DNA of 64,000 nucleotides, taken from a virus. Its lineage: Duplodnaviria > Heunggongvirae > Uroviricota > Caudoviricetes. Where the stretch lies: the IMG/VR virus record IMGVR_UViG_3300036790_000223; one strand, written 5' to 3'. The notes under the pieces were generated by a model that saw only the letters and a program-made list of their open reading frames with translations, searched no databases and was not told where the DNA came from. Below, piece by piece: positions 45,401 to 53,721 of this stretch (the first letter of the stretch is position 1; the number at the start of each line of letters is the position of its first letter). Both the position numbers and the translations under genes were made by a program.

Positions 45401-47068
45401 TTCATCTCTGGCGCTGGGCAATGGCCCCGGCAGCGGTTCGCGCACATCGTCTTCGAGGTCGTTCGCGACCAGGTGGACGGGGTCGTAGACCGGGCCTGGC
45501 TCAACTACGCCGGTTGGGTCTACACCACCAACGGACCCGGCGACACCAACCCGTACGCCTTCATCCCCGGCAACGACTACCTGAACGACCTGGTAGCCCG
45601 GGGAGCCAGCGAGCCTCCGCTGCTGCCGCAGGGCATCCCGCCCTGGATCTACCCGCAGACCTCACCGGTCAGCGCACCGAAGCAGCGCCCCGCCCGGGGT
45701 GGGCGCGTCTACAGCCGCAGCGGTTCTCACGGTGGACTCGGCCCGGCCCTCACCGCATTGCGCGGCCCGGTTGCAGCTGCCCGGCGCAAGCTGCCACCCC
45801 GGGGCAGGGTCTACTCGGCCCGGGGCACGTTCTCCGGCAGCGGACCCGTGCTCAAGGCGCTGGCCAAGCCGCTGGCTGCCGCCCTGCGCATCCTGCCGCC
45901 GCAGGGGCGGGCACTGTCTCGCCGGGGTTTGCTCAGCGGCACTGGAGCGGTTCTCAAGGCGCTAAGTGCCCCGGTCCGTGCCCGGCCTAAGCTGCCACCC
46001 CGTGGGCAGGTAACCTCCCGGGCGGGCATCCCGTTCACCGGGTTCGGCCCGCCGCTCACCCTGCTGCGCTCCCCGGTCAAAGCAGCGCCGAAGCTCCCAC
46101 CACGGGGCAGGTCCGCAGCGAACACCGGCACGTTCGGTGGTCAGGGTGCAGCGGTCTACCCGATCCACCAGCCGGTCTCGGTTCACCATCCGCTGCCGCC
46201 ACGTGGACGCGTCTACAGCAACCCCGGTGGCCCGGTTGTTGCTCCGCCGCCACCGGGGTTCGGTCCTGCGCTCACGCCGCTGCACATGCCGGTGCGTGCC
46301 AGCTGGCCTAAGCAGGTCAGTGGTGGCACTGGCCATGGACTGCGCGGTACCCGCAATGGCGTTGGCCCGGCGCTCTACCCGCTGCACCTGCCGGTCAAGG
46401 CGGCACCGAAGCTACCACCCCGGGGCCGGGTCTACCTGCTGCCGGTGCGGGCGGTGCAGAGCCCAGCGGCACCTCCGCTGCATGTTCCAGTCCGGGCGGC
46501 CTGGCCTCAGCGCATCAGCGGTGGCACTGCTCACGGCTTGCGAGGCTTCCGTGGCGGCGCAGGACCAGCACTGGTTCCGCTGCGCACCCCGGTCAAGGCT
46601 GTTCCTAAGCTGCCGCCACGTGGCCGGATCTTCCAGTTCCTGACTCGGGCGTTCCAGTCACCACCGGTTCCTCCGCTGCATGCTCCAGTGCGGGCAGCAC
46701 CGCACAAGGCACCTGCCCGGGGCCGGATCATCACCAGCGCCGTGCGGCTGGTCCCGTTCATTCCCACGTCGGGACCGGCACTCACCCCGCTGCGGATGCC
46801 AGTCCGTGCCCGGCCGAAGCTCCCGCCGCGAGGCTGGTGCTACACCACCCCGCCGTACGTGGCACCGGGTCCGCCATCGGGTCACGCCACCGGCTGGAGC
46901 GTGGGCACCCCGCAGTCTGCCTGGATCACTGGCCTGCTGCAGGGTGCCTGGGAAAGCGGCCTGCCCGCTAGCCCCATTGCCTGGAACCCGAGCGGCCCGC
47001 AGGCCGCATGGCAGAGTGGCCCGCTGACTTCTGCCTGGGAAAACGTGTCGCCAATGACCGGAGGGTGA
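42434..47068 (+). CDS. giant tail fibre / receptor-binding protein (1544 aa) with central glycosidase-like domain and C-terminal Arg-rich modular repeats
   Basis: Long T/S/G/A-rich N-part; central W/aromatic-rich domain (IDVFVTFEG, GIFFDQF); ~20 copies of P-V-R-A-x-P-K-L-P-P-R-G-R-V-Y. Confidence 0.8.
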   Translation: MTVSSNGTPTVIAGITGSASISVTGQWPTNPTAPAAGDLLVAVIGGYGTTSCTVPTAPSGWTLWNWCYGITAGTGARSLTTVTAYYIKNSTGSDTVPTFSATTAGTAADNGLRCVIYDLSDSGGSTPVLWTDGITALPVAGTATVFTGPVPAGSLGIASATISQGTTAATNTWTTPSGFTAATGNETASLRSQFGSFYTSSAPTTGNGMSVAIVHSRTSTEQPAIALVAAPPSSSGVRRFQASPYQAPTTAAAVLTSHTFAAQPDELIVASAGVGNGVGTAPTSLVAVDNTSATLTALVTELAGADFGLAGVFAEDAGATPAVTSVTVTAAPSTVHDPCLVVYRFAGAAVTADQTGTTAHGTTATLSITPAQTGSVIVGASGDDGSTALTPNASSLGYTSTTGGAGDRINAYMGLAYTTASSAVTVGWSTAPTALGNAAAEIIPAPPAANPAPLYPLRRPVRAQALPRRGGRVYRSGLPNRILTNNFEGGSSGTTITTTNSNGISGAAFDVVSIGTSATLAFDNTEAAHGLLSMKVATGGTSTTSLAEWTFSEGPQLTIYFRLYLFLSATPTAAISPFMVRSGASVAASLLLTTPGTLQLRDGTNTTQVTFTTHPPTGSWYRIEGYVTGASGTGGAISASLYSPLDSLTPVETHTVTGINTTGAISAYWFGQANTVASSGPFWIDDIGISPVGFLGPAAFPPVTSGPPLTALDGPVRAPVPARRKGGIARAMSPLAISYAGPPLTALASPVQGRRRPTPRGRVYGISRPAVTVAPPTPAPLYPLSKPVRAVIPARTRGGRVYQTTAPTVPAIQTGAAPWYLFPTFPQWTVLESSTGLLPAVAIMNNGNGDVVWDSTWGALATALHAKGIKLLGYVYTQFGTRPEGDVETAIGNYLQPGFTPGLDTVDGIFFDQFNNLTGSESYYNDLCISVKSQFEAVGSGANSPLIWGNPGTAIAASYLTLPIDVFVTFEGPITAYQNFTPFNVNASGFISGAGQWPRQRFAHIVFEVVRDQVDGVVDRAWLNYAGWVYTTNGPGDTNPYAFIPGNDYLNDLVARGASEPPLLPQGIPPWIYPQTSPVSAPKQRPARGGRVYSRSGSHGGLGPALTALRGPVAAARRKLPPRGRVYSARGTFSGSGPVLKALAKPLAAALRILPPQGRALSRRGLLSGTGAVLKALSAPVRARPKLPPRGQVTSRAGIPFTGFGPPLTLLRSPVKAAPKLPPRGRSAANTGTFGGQGAAVYPIHQPVSVHHPLPPRGRVYSNPGGPVVAPPPPGFGPALTPLHMPVRASWPKQVSGGTGHGLRGTRNGVGPALYPLHLPVKAAPKLPPRGRVYLLPVRAVQSPAAPPLHVPVRAAWPQRISGGTAHGLRGFRGGAGPALVPLRTPVKAVPKLPPRGRIFQFLTRAFQSPPVPPLHAPVRAAPHKAPARGRIITSAVRLVPFIPTSGPALTPLRMPVRARPKLPPRGWCYTTPPYVAPGPPSGHATGWSVGTPQSAWITGLLQGAWESGLPASPIAWNPSGPQAAWQSGPLTSAWENVSPMTGG
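45650..46900 (+). repeat. intragenic array of ~26-34-aa modules (GPALTxLxxPVRAxPKLPPRGRVY)
   Basis: At least 14 consecutive modules here; further copies near 43790, 44560-44830. Confidence 0.7.
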
Positions 47069-47069
47069 G

Positions 47070-47387
47070 ATGCCTGCAGACCTGACCCTGCCGTCGCTGA
47101 CCACCCAGCTGGTCCAGGTCCCCATCCAGGTCACCTTTGAAGGTGCCCCGTATGACCCCACCGCTGACGTGGTGGCCTTCGCCTTCGTGAACGGCAACGC
47201 CTACCCGGCGACCTGGTACACCGGCAGCTGGCAGACCACAGTCCAGGGCAACTACCTCGCTCAGTGCCTGATCGGGCCGGTGGGCGGGGTGGTCGCCCTG
47301 GCTCCGGCGACCTACACCGTCTGGGTCAAGATCACCGACGACCCCGAGGTGCCCGTCCTGTCCACCGGAAGCCTGCAGATCACATGA
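47070..47387 (+). CDS. hypothetical tail-associated protein
   Basis: 105-aa ORF right after fibre gene. Confidence 0.5.
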   Translation: MPADLTLPSLTTQLVQVPIQVTFEGAPYDPTADVVAFAFVNGNAYPATWYTGSWQTTVQGNYLAQCLIGPVGGVVALAPATYTVWVKITDDPEVPVLSTGSLQIT

Positions 47388-47398
47388 CGGAGACCTAG

Positions 47399-48040
47399 AT
47401 GGCGCTGCCGGTTGACCTGACCACCATCGAGGTGACGGGCTCCTTTGACGACGCCTCCGGCGCAGCGCAATCTGGTGCGGTGCTGTTCACCCCGACCACC
47501 CCGCTGGTCGACTCCACGGGCCAGGTCGTCGTGACGCAGACCGCCATGACCCGAGCCGTAACCAGCGGCACCATGGCCGCGATCACCCTGGCCACCACCG
47601 ACAACGCCAACCTGTTCCCGCAGAGCGCCGGATCGAGCTGGGCCTACACCGTCACCATTGCGGTGCCTGGTGCGATGGCTACGTTTGACACCTACCTGCC
47701 GTCTGGCTACGGCTCCACGGTGGACTTGACCCAGCTGATCCCGGCGGCTACCCCACCTGCGCTGAGCGGCCCCTACGTCCAGTCCATCAACGGCATGAGC
47801 GGCACGGTGGTGCTCGCTGGCACCATCCTCGCGTCGGGGACGGCTACCTTGATCAGCCCGGGCACCGTCATCATCACCGACATTGCCATCCCTGCCAGCG
47901 CGATCCCCTACGCCATCGCCAGCACGGTGCACGGCACGCAGGGCATCTTGTCCGCTACGGCCTCGGCTGGTTCGATCACGGTCACCTCGTCAAACTCCGG
48001 CGACACCTCCGCTATCTACTGGGCGGCTTTCGCCGCCTGA
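47399..48040 (+). CDS. hypothetical tail-associated protein
   Basis: A/T/S/G-rich 213 aa. Confidence 0.5.
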   Translation: MALPVDLTTIEVTGSFDDASGAAQSGAVLFTPTTPLVDSTGQVVVTQTAMTRAVTSGTMAAITLATTDNANLFPQSAGSSWAYTVTIAVPGAMATFDTYLPSGYGSTVDLTQLIPAATPPALSGPYVQSINGMSGTVVLAGTILASGTATLISPGTVIITDIAIPASAIPYAIASTVHGTQGILSATASAGSITVTSSNSGDTSAIYWAAFAA

Positions 48041-48052
48041 GAGGAACCACCC

Positions 48053-48331
48053 ATGCTGGCGATGTACCAGGTGGTATCCGGCACCACGGCTACGATGGTG
48101 GGCGTGGTGCCTCCGGGGGGCGCTGCGGTCTTTCAGCCACCGCCGAGCGGAAGCTCAGCGGTGGCCATCGGCGTAGGCACCCTGGTGACCACCACCAACG
48201 GGTTCCCGCTGTACGCGGGGGGTGCTCCGGTCTTCATCAACATGCCAATCACCTCCGCACCAGCGACGATCTATGCCATCTCGACATCAACCACAGCGGC
48301 CATCGGGGTGGCGTTCATCAACGGTTCGTAG
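48053..48331 (+). CDS. hypothetical protein
   Basis: 92-aa G/A/V-rich ORF. Confidence 0.45.
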   Translation: MLAMYQVVSGTTATMVGVVPPGGAAVFQPPPSGSSAVAIGVGTLVTTTNGFPLYAGGAPVFINMPITSAPATIYAISTSTTAAIGVAFINGS

Positions 48332-48399
48332 GTAGGCTGAACAAGCGAAAGGCCCCCGTGCCTGCTTGCGCCGGGGGCTGGGATGTGGTTGGGGTGATG

Positions 48400-48433
48400 C
48401 CCTGCCCCGGCGGGTTGCAGCGCCGGGGCAGGG
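48400..48433. terminator. hairpin, 13-bp perfect arms, between convergent blocks (a second hairpin lies at 48351-48379)
   Basis: CCCTGCCCCGGCG ggttgcag CGCCGGGGCAGGG. Confidence 0.45.
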
Positions 48434-48462
48434 GTGTCACCTGGTGATATCGCGCAGTTCCC

Positions 48463-49074
48463 TCACTCGCCCAGCTCCTTGAGGATGCGCTCGGCCAGTG
48501 CGACCGACTCCGACCGGACCTTCTCCAGCATCCGGTCGCTGCCACCACCCCAGTTGCGCAGGTAGGTGGTGGTGTAGCGGCCATCGGTGCAGCCCAGTGC
48601 CGCAGTCACCAGCCCGGCCGTGGACTCCGCGATCAGCTCCTCCTGCGGAGGCGTCCGGCCCATGAACGCCGCTGTCATTGCGAACATCATGGTGTCTTGC
48701 GGGGTGCGCTCGATGGCACGGATGGCGTGTGCCACCTCGTGACACATGGTCCGGAAGGTGGACGCCGGGCTCATGTTCTGGACGTGGATCTTGCGCCCGT
48801 TCGTTTCCAGCTCGATGGTTTCCTTGTTGAGGGGGGCTTCGGTCTCCCCCAGCACCATGGGCTTGTCCGGGTAGCTGGGCAGAGTGGGCATCGGGTGCAA
48901 CAGCACCGCGAAGCCCAGCCGCCCGGCCAGTGCCTGCAGTGCAGGCAGCAGGTGCGCAGCCACCGGGGTGGGGTCGTCCTTTGCCCCGTCAGCGTGATCT
49001 TCCGGCGTCTCGCTGAGGGTGCTGGCGATGGCACACATCCCCTCGTGGGCACGGGTTAGTTCCTGGGTGTCCAT
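48463..49074 (-). CDS. HExxH metallopeptidase-like protein (ImmA/ArdC-C-like)
   Basis: MCHEVAHAI motif; 203 aa. Confidence 0.55.
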   Translation of the reverse strand: MDTQELTRAHEGMCAIASTLSETPEDHADGAKDDPTPVAAHLLPALQALAGRLGFAVLLHPMPTLPSYPDKPMVLGETEAPLNKETIELETNGRKIHVQNMSPASTFRTMCHEVAHAIRAIERTPQDTMMFAMTAAFMGRTPPQEELIAESTAGLVTAALGCTDGRYTTTYLRNWGGGSDRMLEKVRSESVALAERILKELGE

Positions 49075-49157
49075 TCTTCTCCCTTTTTCCTGTTTCCCTA
49101 CGATTGGGCTGAGCAGCCCCGGCCGTCCCCAGGTGAACTGGGGACGACGGCGGCGGC

Positions 49158-50198
49158 TCAGACCGTGGCGACCTCCTGCGCCAGCTTGAACGCACGAGCC
49201 TTCTGGGCCTCAGGCGTGAGCAGGGTGCGGTTGAGGTAGGTCTCCTCGCTGCGGTAGGCCCGCACGTGGTCCAGGTACTCACCCGCGCACTGCACCAGCC
49301 CGTAGGCGGTGCCCTTCACGTGAGCGCCCGTGGGCGAGGCGAACAGCGCCTTCAGCTTGCCGCGAGCCTCGCTGACGTTGTTCATCACGCGCTCGCTGGC
49401 CATGCCAACTGGCGGCTCGGGCAGGAACTGGTCGATGAACAACTGCCGCTGCTTCGCGGTCACCTTGATCTTCATCAGTGTCTCCATCAGCTCCAGGTAG
49501 TGCGCGAACTCCTGGCGCGTCGCGGTCACCGCAGCCTTCGCGTCTTCGACCCGGTCACGCCAGTCGCCCTTGTGGACGAACCGGTAGGTCGCTCCGGTGC
49601 GGTCGCCTTCCAGCTCCGCAGCGCGGAAGGTGTTGGCGCAGACGATCCGCACGGCGGTGGCGCGAGCGGCGCACGCCGCGTAGCCATCGTGACGGTTGGT
49701 CAGGCCCAGGTAGGGCATCGTGTAGGTGCCCTTGTCACCGGGGATGGTAACCGGCTCATCGAGGCGGGCCAGTGCCCAGACCGCCCGGCCGCCTTCGAGG
49801 CTTCCGGCGGTCTCGTAACGGACACCCTTCTCCTGGTCCAGGATGGCCTCCATGATCTCGCCCATCTCGGTGTTGGTGATCAGCGAGTAGGTCCCCTGGT
49901 CCTTGTGGTACAGGGTGGTGTTGTTGTCGCTGCGGACGATGCGCCCCCAGTTGTCGTCGGGCTCGAACTGGCCCTCGATCACATGGCCGTCGCTGTCGCG
50001 CACCTTGCGGTAGCTGGCCTCGTACTCCGGGTCCCAGTCCAGGCCAGCGAGAACGCGGGCCTCTTCCCATCCACCTTCGGGATAGTCGTCCAGGACCTTG
50101 CCTTCGCGGTGCCAGGGCACCTCGCGGACGCTGAACATGTCGTCAACGTTGGCTGGCATGGGTGATGTGCCTTCCTTTCCTGTTCCTATTGGGCTCAT
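49158..50198 (-). CDS. DUF932 phage/plasmid-related protein
   Basis: Length and conserved blocks (TNRHDGYAA..., GLVQCAGEYLDH) typical of the DUF932/TIGR03299 family. Confidence 0.65.
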   Translation of the reverse strand: MSPIGTGKEGTSPMPANVDDMFSVREVPWHREGKVLDDYPEGGWEEARVLAGLDWDPEYEASYRKVRDSDGHVIEGQFEPDDNWGRIVRSDNNTTLYHKDQGTYSLITNTEMGEIMEAILDQEKGVRYETAGSLEGGRAVWALARLDEPVTIPGDKGTYTMPYLGLTNRHDGYAACAARATAVRIVCANTFRAAELEGDRTGATYRFVHKGDWRDRVEDAKAAVTATRQEFAHYLELMETLMKIKVTAKQRQLFIDQFLPEPPVGMASERVMNNVSEARGKLKALFASPTGAHVKGTAYGLVQCAGEYLDHVRAYRSEETYLNRTLLTPEAQKARAFKLAQEVATV

Positions 50199-50433
50199 CA
50201 GTGCGGGATCTGCCCGCAGACCCGGTTGCCCGGGTTTCGCCCTTTACTTCCCCATTGCCCACGGGCATGGGGGGCGGTGTGCCTCACCGGCTGGCTGGCA
50301 GATGCACCCGGTGAGCCGGGGCCGCAGGTCAAACCTGCGGTCCAGCTCTGCGTGCAGCTGGGCTTCCATCGTGAGCCACTGGGGGACGCTGATGTTCACT
50401 GGTTTCCTTTCCGTTTCCCGTCCTGTAGTAGTG

Positions 50434-50464
50434 TAAACGGGTTTACCCTGTGCTTTATTTCCCC
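50434..50464. repeat. 31-bp direct repeat copy A (GTAAACGGGTTTACCCTGTGCTTTATTTCCC); contains palindrome GTAAAC-GG-GTTTAC
   Basis: Identical to 51793-51823; intergenic. Confidence 0.8.
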
Positions 50465-50465
50465 C

Positions 50466-50825
50466 TCAGGTACCCAGAACCCGGCAGTTCGGGTGACCGC
50501 AGCGCTTGAGGCAGCTGCAGATCCTGAACTGGCCGCCACCTGAGCAGCGGGGGCAGTCCTGACGGGGCACCCGGGGGGTCTCCTCACGCCGGTTCCGGTG
50601 CACCATCAGGTCCTCCTCCACAGCGACGGTCACCTTCACGTGGCGGCCATCCCCGGTGGTCATGCGGAACACCGACTCGCCTGGTTCCACGGTGGGGGCT
50701 ACTCCGCCTTCCACCATGAACTCAGCCGCATCAAAGCCGTCCCTTTCGTAGGCCCACCCGTCCAGCGCGAGCACCATGCGCTCGGCTATCTCCCGGGCGT
50801 CGTCGTCCGTGTCGTGCATGTTCAT
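50466..50825 (-). CDS. hypothetical protein with C-terminal Cys cluster
   Basis: MNMHDTDDDAREIAER...CPRCSGGGQFRICSCLKRCGHPNC. Confidence 0.45.
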   Translation of the reverse strand: MNMHDTDDDAREIAERMVLALDGWAYERDGFDAAEFMVEGGVAPTVEPGESVFRMTTGDGRHVKVTVAVEEDLMVHRNRREETPRVPRQDCPRCSGGGQFRICSCLKRCGHPNCRVLGT

Positions 50826-51028
50826 GACTCCTCGTGTTCGATGCGATCTAGCGAGTTGGTGGCCCCGCTCTTGGCAACGAGCCGCTTGTGCTTGCGAATG
50901 ATCCGCTGAGCCCCCCAGCGCGTCCGTGCTATGCCGAGACCCTCTCCCCAGGGGGAGGGCCGCCCGTAGCTGACTGAGCGGTACCGGTCCAGCGGGTGAT
51001 AGGTCACCTGGTAGTAGGTGGGGTTCAC
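50822..51028 (-). CDS. hypothetical small protein
   Basis: 68-aa ORF, overlap-coupled. Confidence 0.4.
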   Translation of the reverse strand: MNPTYYQVTYHPLDRYRSVSYGRPSPWGEGLGIARTRWGAQRIIRKHKRLVAKSGATNSLDRIEHEES

Positions 51029-51372
51029 GGTGCCATCTCCTCTTCCAGCGCGCCCTGTGCACCATTCACCAGGGCGTGCAGCGCGGCCTCGCGGTAGACA
51101 TCCTGCAGGTGCTGCGGGACTCCAGTCCGTGCGCGGTGGTCAATCTGGCGCTTGAAGGTATCCAGCGCCATAGCTACTGCACCGTCCAGGGATTCGAGCG
51201 CCTGGGCGTCCAGCTGCTGGGGCTCTGCAGCGTCCTCGTTGTAGCCCTCCGCAAAGGCGGCAGCTAGCGGCCACTGGTCTGGCCCGTAGGTCTTCACGGT
51301 GCCGTAACCGGGGACGATGACGTGCTGCTGGCCGGTCACGGTGTTGCGGTAGACGTAGGCTCTCTTACTCAT
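51025..51372 (-). CDS. hypothetical protein
   Basis: 115-aa ORF. Confidence 0.45.
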   Translation of the reverse strand: MSKRAYVYRNTVTGQQHVIVPGYGTVKTYGPDQWPLAAAFAEGYNEDAAEPQQLDAQALESLDGAVAMALDTFKRQIDHRARTGVPQHLQDVYREAALHALVNGAQGALEEEMAP

Positions 51373-51385
51373 GCTTTTCCCTTCC

Positions 51386-51754
51386 TTAGAAATACTCGGC
51401 GTAGCGCTTGCTGCTGATGAAGGTGGTCTTGGAGCGGGTACCGGCGCGCTGCTCGTAGCGCTCCAGCTCGCGCTCCAGTTCCTGCTCGTAGGTCAGCGCA
51501 CCAATCTTCCGGGGGTGCTCCCCGGCGTCGGTGTCGCATTCCTTCCAGGTCTTGTCCCAGATCGGGGCGGTCAGGCCACCCCGGGCCTCGGCATCGGCCC
51601 AGTAGTCAAGGATTCGCTGCTGCGTCTCCTCGTCTGCCGGGAGGTACTCGATGATCCAGGTGCCGGGCTCGCCCTTGACCTTCTCGATCAGCTTGTACTG
51701 ACCGCCGTAGATGTCCGACTGAAAGTCGCTACGGTAGACGTCGCCTGCCTTCAA
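51386..51754 (-). CDS. hypothetical protein (TTG start)
   Basis: 122-aa ORF. Confidence 0.5.
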   Translation of the reverse strand: MKAGDVYRSDFQSDIYGGQYKLIEKVKGEPGTWIIEYLPADEETQQRILDYWADAEARGGLTAPIWDKTWKECDTDAGEHPRKIGALTYEQELERELERYEQRAGTRSKTTFISSKRYAEYF

Positions 51755-51792
51755 CTTCCTGTTCCTTTCCTAGTCCTTACCCTTGCACTATC

Positions 51793-51823
51793 GTAAACGG
51801 GTTTACCCTGTGCTTTATTTCCC
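51793..51823. repeat. 31-bp direct repeat copy B
   Basis: Identical to 50434-50464; in the divergent region between the 51754 (-) and 51838 (+) gene starts. Confidence 0.8.
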
Positions 51824-51837
51824 TGGGGGGAATCAAG

Positions 51838-52512
51838 TTGGAAACCGAGATGGTCGGTCTTGACCAGCTGACGTTGCACCCGGAGAACCCACGTCGCTCC
51901 AGTGTGTTTGAGCTGGAGAGCGGGATCACCCGGTGGGGTCAGTACCGGCCGGTGGTGGTGCAGCGCTCCACCGGCTACATCGCAGTCGGCAACCACATGG
52001 TCCAGGCCATGCGCAACCTGGGCTGGGCTAAGGCTGCCGTGCACTGGATGGACCTGAGCGACGACGACACCCGGCGGCTGCTGCTGTGGGACAACAAGAG
52101 CACCGACAGCTCTGCCTACGACGAGGAAGCCCTGGCGGAGCTGCTGGCTTCCATCGACGACCTCGAAGGCACCGGCTACACCCCTGACGACGTGGACGAC
52201 TTCCTCGCTGCTGGTGGTGGGCTGCCGATCCTGGACCCAGAGGACACCGGAGCGGCCTACGGGGAGAGCGCCGAGCAGACCCAGGCCCGGCGGGATTACT
52301 TTGCTGATGCTGCGCCCCGGGGCAGCGGTGGCGTGCGGGAGGCCATTCTGGTCCTGTCCCAGGAGGGCTTTGATGAGTACCAGCGTGGCATCAACGCGCT
52401 GCGCGCTGGCCGGGAGATGACCGGTGGTGAGGTGGGACTGCTGGCGGTGCAGGTGGCCCTGCGGGCACAGGCCCGCTGCAACGGCAGTGATGGGTGCGCC
52501 TGGTGCGGGTAG
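51838..52512 (+). CDS. ParB-like nuclease-domain protein (third in window), first gene of modification cluster
   Basis: LTLHPENPRR...STGYIAVGNHMVQAMRNLGW (ParB/Srx-like GxxR box); TTG start. Confidence 0.6.
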   Translation: METEMVGLDQLTLHPENPRRSSVFELESGITRWGQYRPVVVQRSTGYIAVGNHMVQAMRNLGWAKAAVHWMDLSDDDTRRLLLWDNKSTDSSAYDEEALAELLASIDDLEGTGYTPDDVDDFLAAGGGLPILDPEDTGAAYGESAEQTQARRDYFADAAPRGSGGVREAILVLSQEGFDEYQRGINALRAGREMTGGEVGLLAVQVALRAQARCNGSDGCAWCG

Positions 52513-52523
52513 GCTTACCTGGC

Positions 52524-52661
52524 ATGGCGGAAAAGGTAAAGGAAACGTGCACCCGGTGCGAGGGGATGGGCATTCTCCAGAAGCCCGGTAGCAAGAAGAT
52601 TGTCCCGTGCCCTAAGTGCAGTGGCATGGGTTACCGGTGGGTTCCCCGTCGTGGGTTGTGA
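52524..52661 (+). CDS. DnaJ-type CxxCxGxG zinc-finger minigene (paralog 3)
   Basis: MAEKVKETCTRCEGMGILQKPGSKKIVPCPKCSGMGYRWV; below ORF-track cutoff. Confidence 0.45.
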   Translation: MAEKVKETCTRCEGMGILQKPGSKKIVPCPKCSGMGYRWVPRRGL

Positions 52662-53721
52662 CTGGCGTCTGCCGGATAACCGGCGTGAGGCATTCCAGCG
52701 GGCATACTCATTCATGCTCCGGTACAGAAATGCGCCTGGCTGTGTCTACTTCGCCTTGCCTTACCTGGCGCACGAGCTGGACTGGGACACCGAGGAGCGG
52801 TACTGGGCAGCCTGGCTGAACGCCAACACCCAGAACCCAGTCACCACGATGCTGCTGATGGAGGCCGGAAGCGTTCCCGGCTACCACGAGCGCGTGGCCC
52901 GCTACCAGGAGCGCAACTGGAAAACCCTGCAGTGGGACTCCGACAGAAAGTGGCAGAAGAGCAGCGAGGTGTTTGGCCGGGCACTGCGCGGATACGCCGA
53001 ACTCATGGAGCAGGCAGGCAGCCAGAGCGCCTACTGGGCCGGTGTGGCTGACTGGGACGATGCCTGGCGCAGGATGACCGCCTTGCCCTACATGGGACGG
53101 CTGAGTGCCTGGAGCGGGCTGGAGTACATGCGGCTGCTCGGTGATCAGCCCATCCCCGACGCGGAGACCTTGCTGCTGGGTGACGCATCCGGGTCCCGCA
53201 GCCACCGTAACGGGCTGGCCCTGGTGACGGGGCACGACGACCTGCTGCAGGACCGGCAGCTGAACCCCGGTGGCTACACCACCAAGTGGGAGCCAGACTT
53301 CCTCACCGAGATGGAGACCGAGGGTTACTGGCTGCTAGCGCAGGCCCGGGAGCGCAATCCTGGCGAGCCAGACGTCGGGTACCTGACCCTGGAGTCGTGC
53401 TTGTGCAACTGGAAGAGCTGGCACAAGCGCAACCGCCGCTACCCGAACGTGTACGCCGACATGCTGCATGAGCGCATCCGCTGGGCTGAGGCACGGCATG
53501 GACTGCGGTTCGGTGTGCTGTGGGACGCCCGCAAGGCCGCCTTGCCGGATTACCTGCGGCTGGAAGACACCACCGGTGACCCGGGGCTGTGTGGCGTGAA
53601 GCAGAACCACTACAACGAGACCGGCGAGGTCATCTTGCTGGGGCACGAACCGGAATGGAAAGACATGTGGTCGGCGTTCGATACCGGCGTTGCCGACCGG
53701 AGATACGGGGTGTGCAGGTGA
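52651..53721 (+). CDS. large conserved-looking protein of unknown function; candidate base-modifying transferase (aGPT-pyrophosphorylase-like role is inference)
   Basis: ~357 aa, Trp/Tyr-rich, no P-loop or common cofactor motif recognised; sits between ParB-like gene and PLP enzyme; start may be TTG 52600 or ATG 52714. Confidence 0.5.
   Translation: MGCDWRLPDNRREAFQRAYSFMLRYRNAPGCVYFALPYLAHELDWDTEERYWAAWLNANTQNPVTTMLLMEAGSVPGYHERVARYQERNWKTLQWDSDRKWQKSSEVFGRALRGYAELMEQAGSQSAYWAGVADWDDAWRRMTALPYMGRLSAWSGLEYMRLLGDQPIPDAETLLLGDASGSRSHRNGLALVTGHDDLLQDRQLNPGGYTTKWEPDFLTEMETEGYWLLAQARERNPGEPDVGYLTLESCLCNWKSWHKRNRRYPNVYADMLHERIRWAEARHGLRFGVLWDARKAALPDYLRLEDTTGDPGLCGVKQNHYNETGEVILLGHEPEWKDMWSAFDTGVADRRYGVCR

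Noticed and set aside
42485-45445. Long minus-strand ORFs (240 and 702 aa) inside the tail-fibre gene
   Set aside because: Antisense to a clearly coding 1544-aa gene; Arg/Gly/Asp-rich with no motifs
50243-50399. 50-aa leftward ORF (VNISVPQWLTMEAQL...) between the 31-bp repeat and DUF932
   Set aside because: Decent RBS-like GGAAAGGAAACC but GTG start and no conservation evidence; left unannotated
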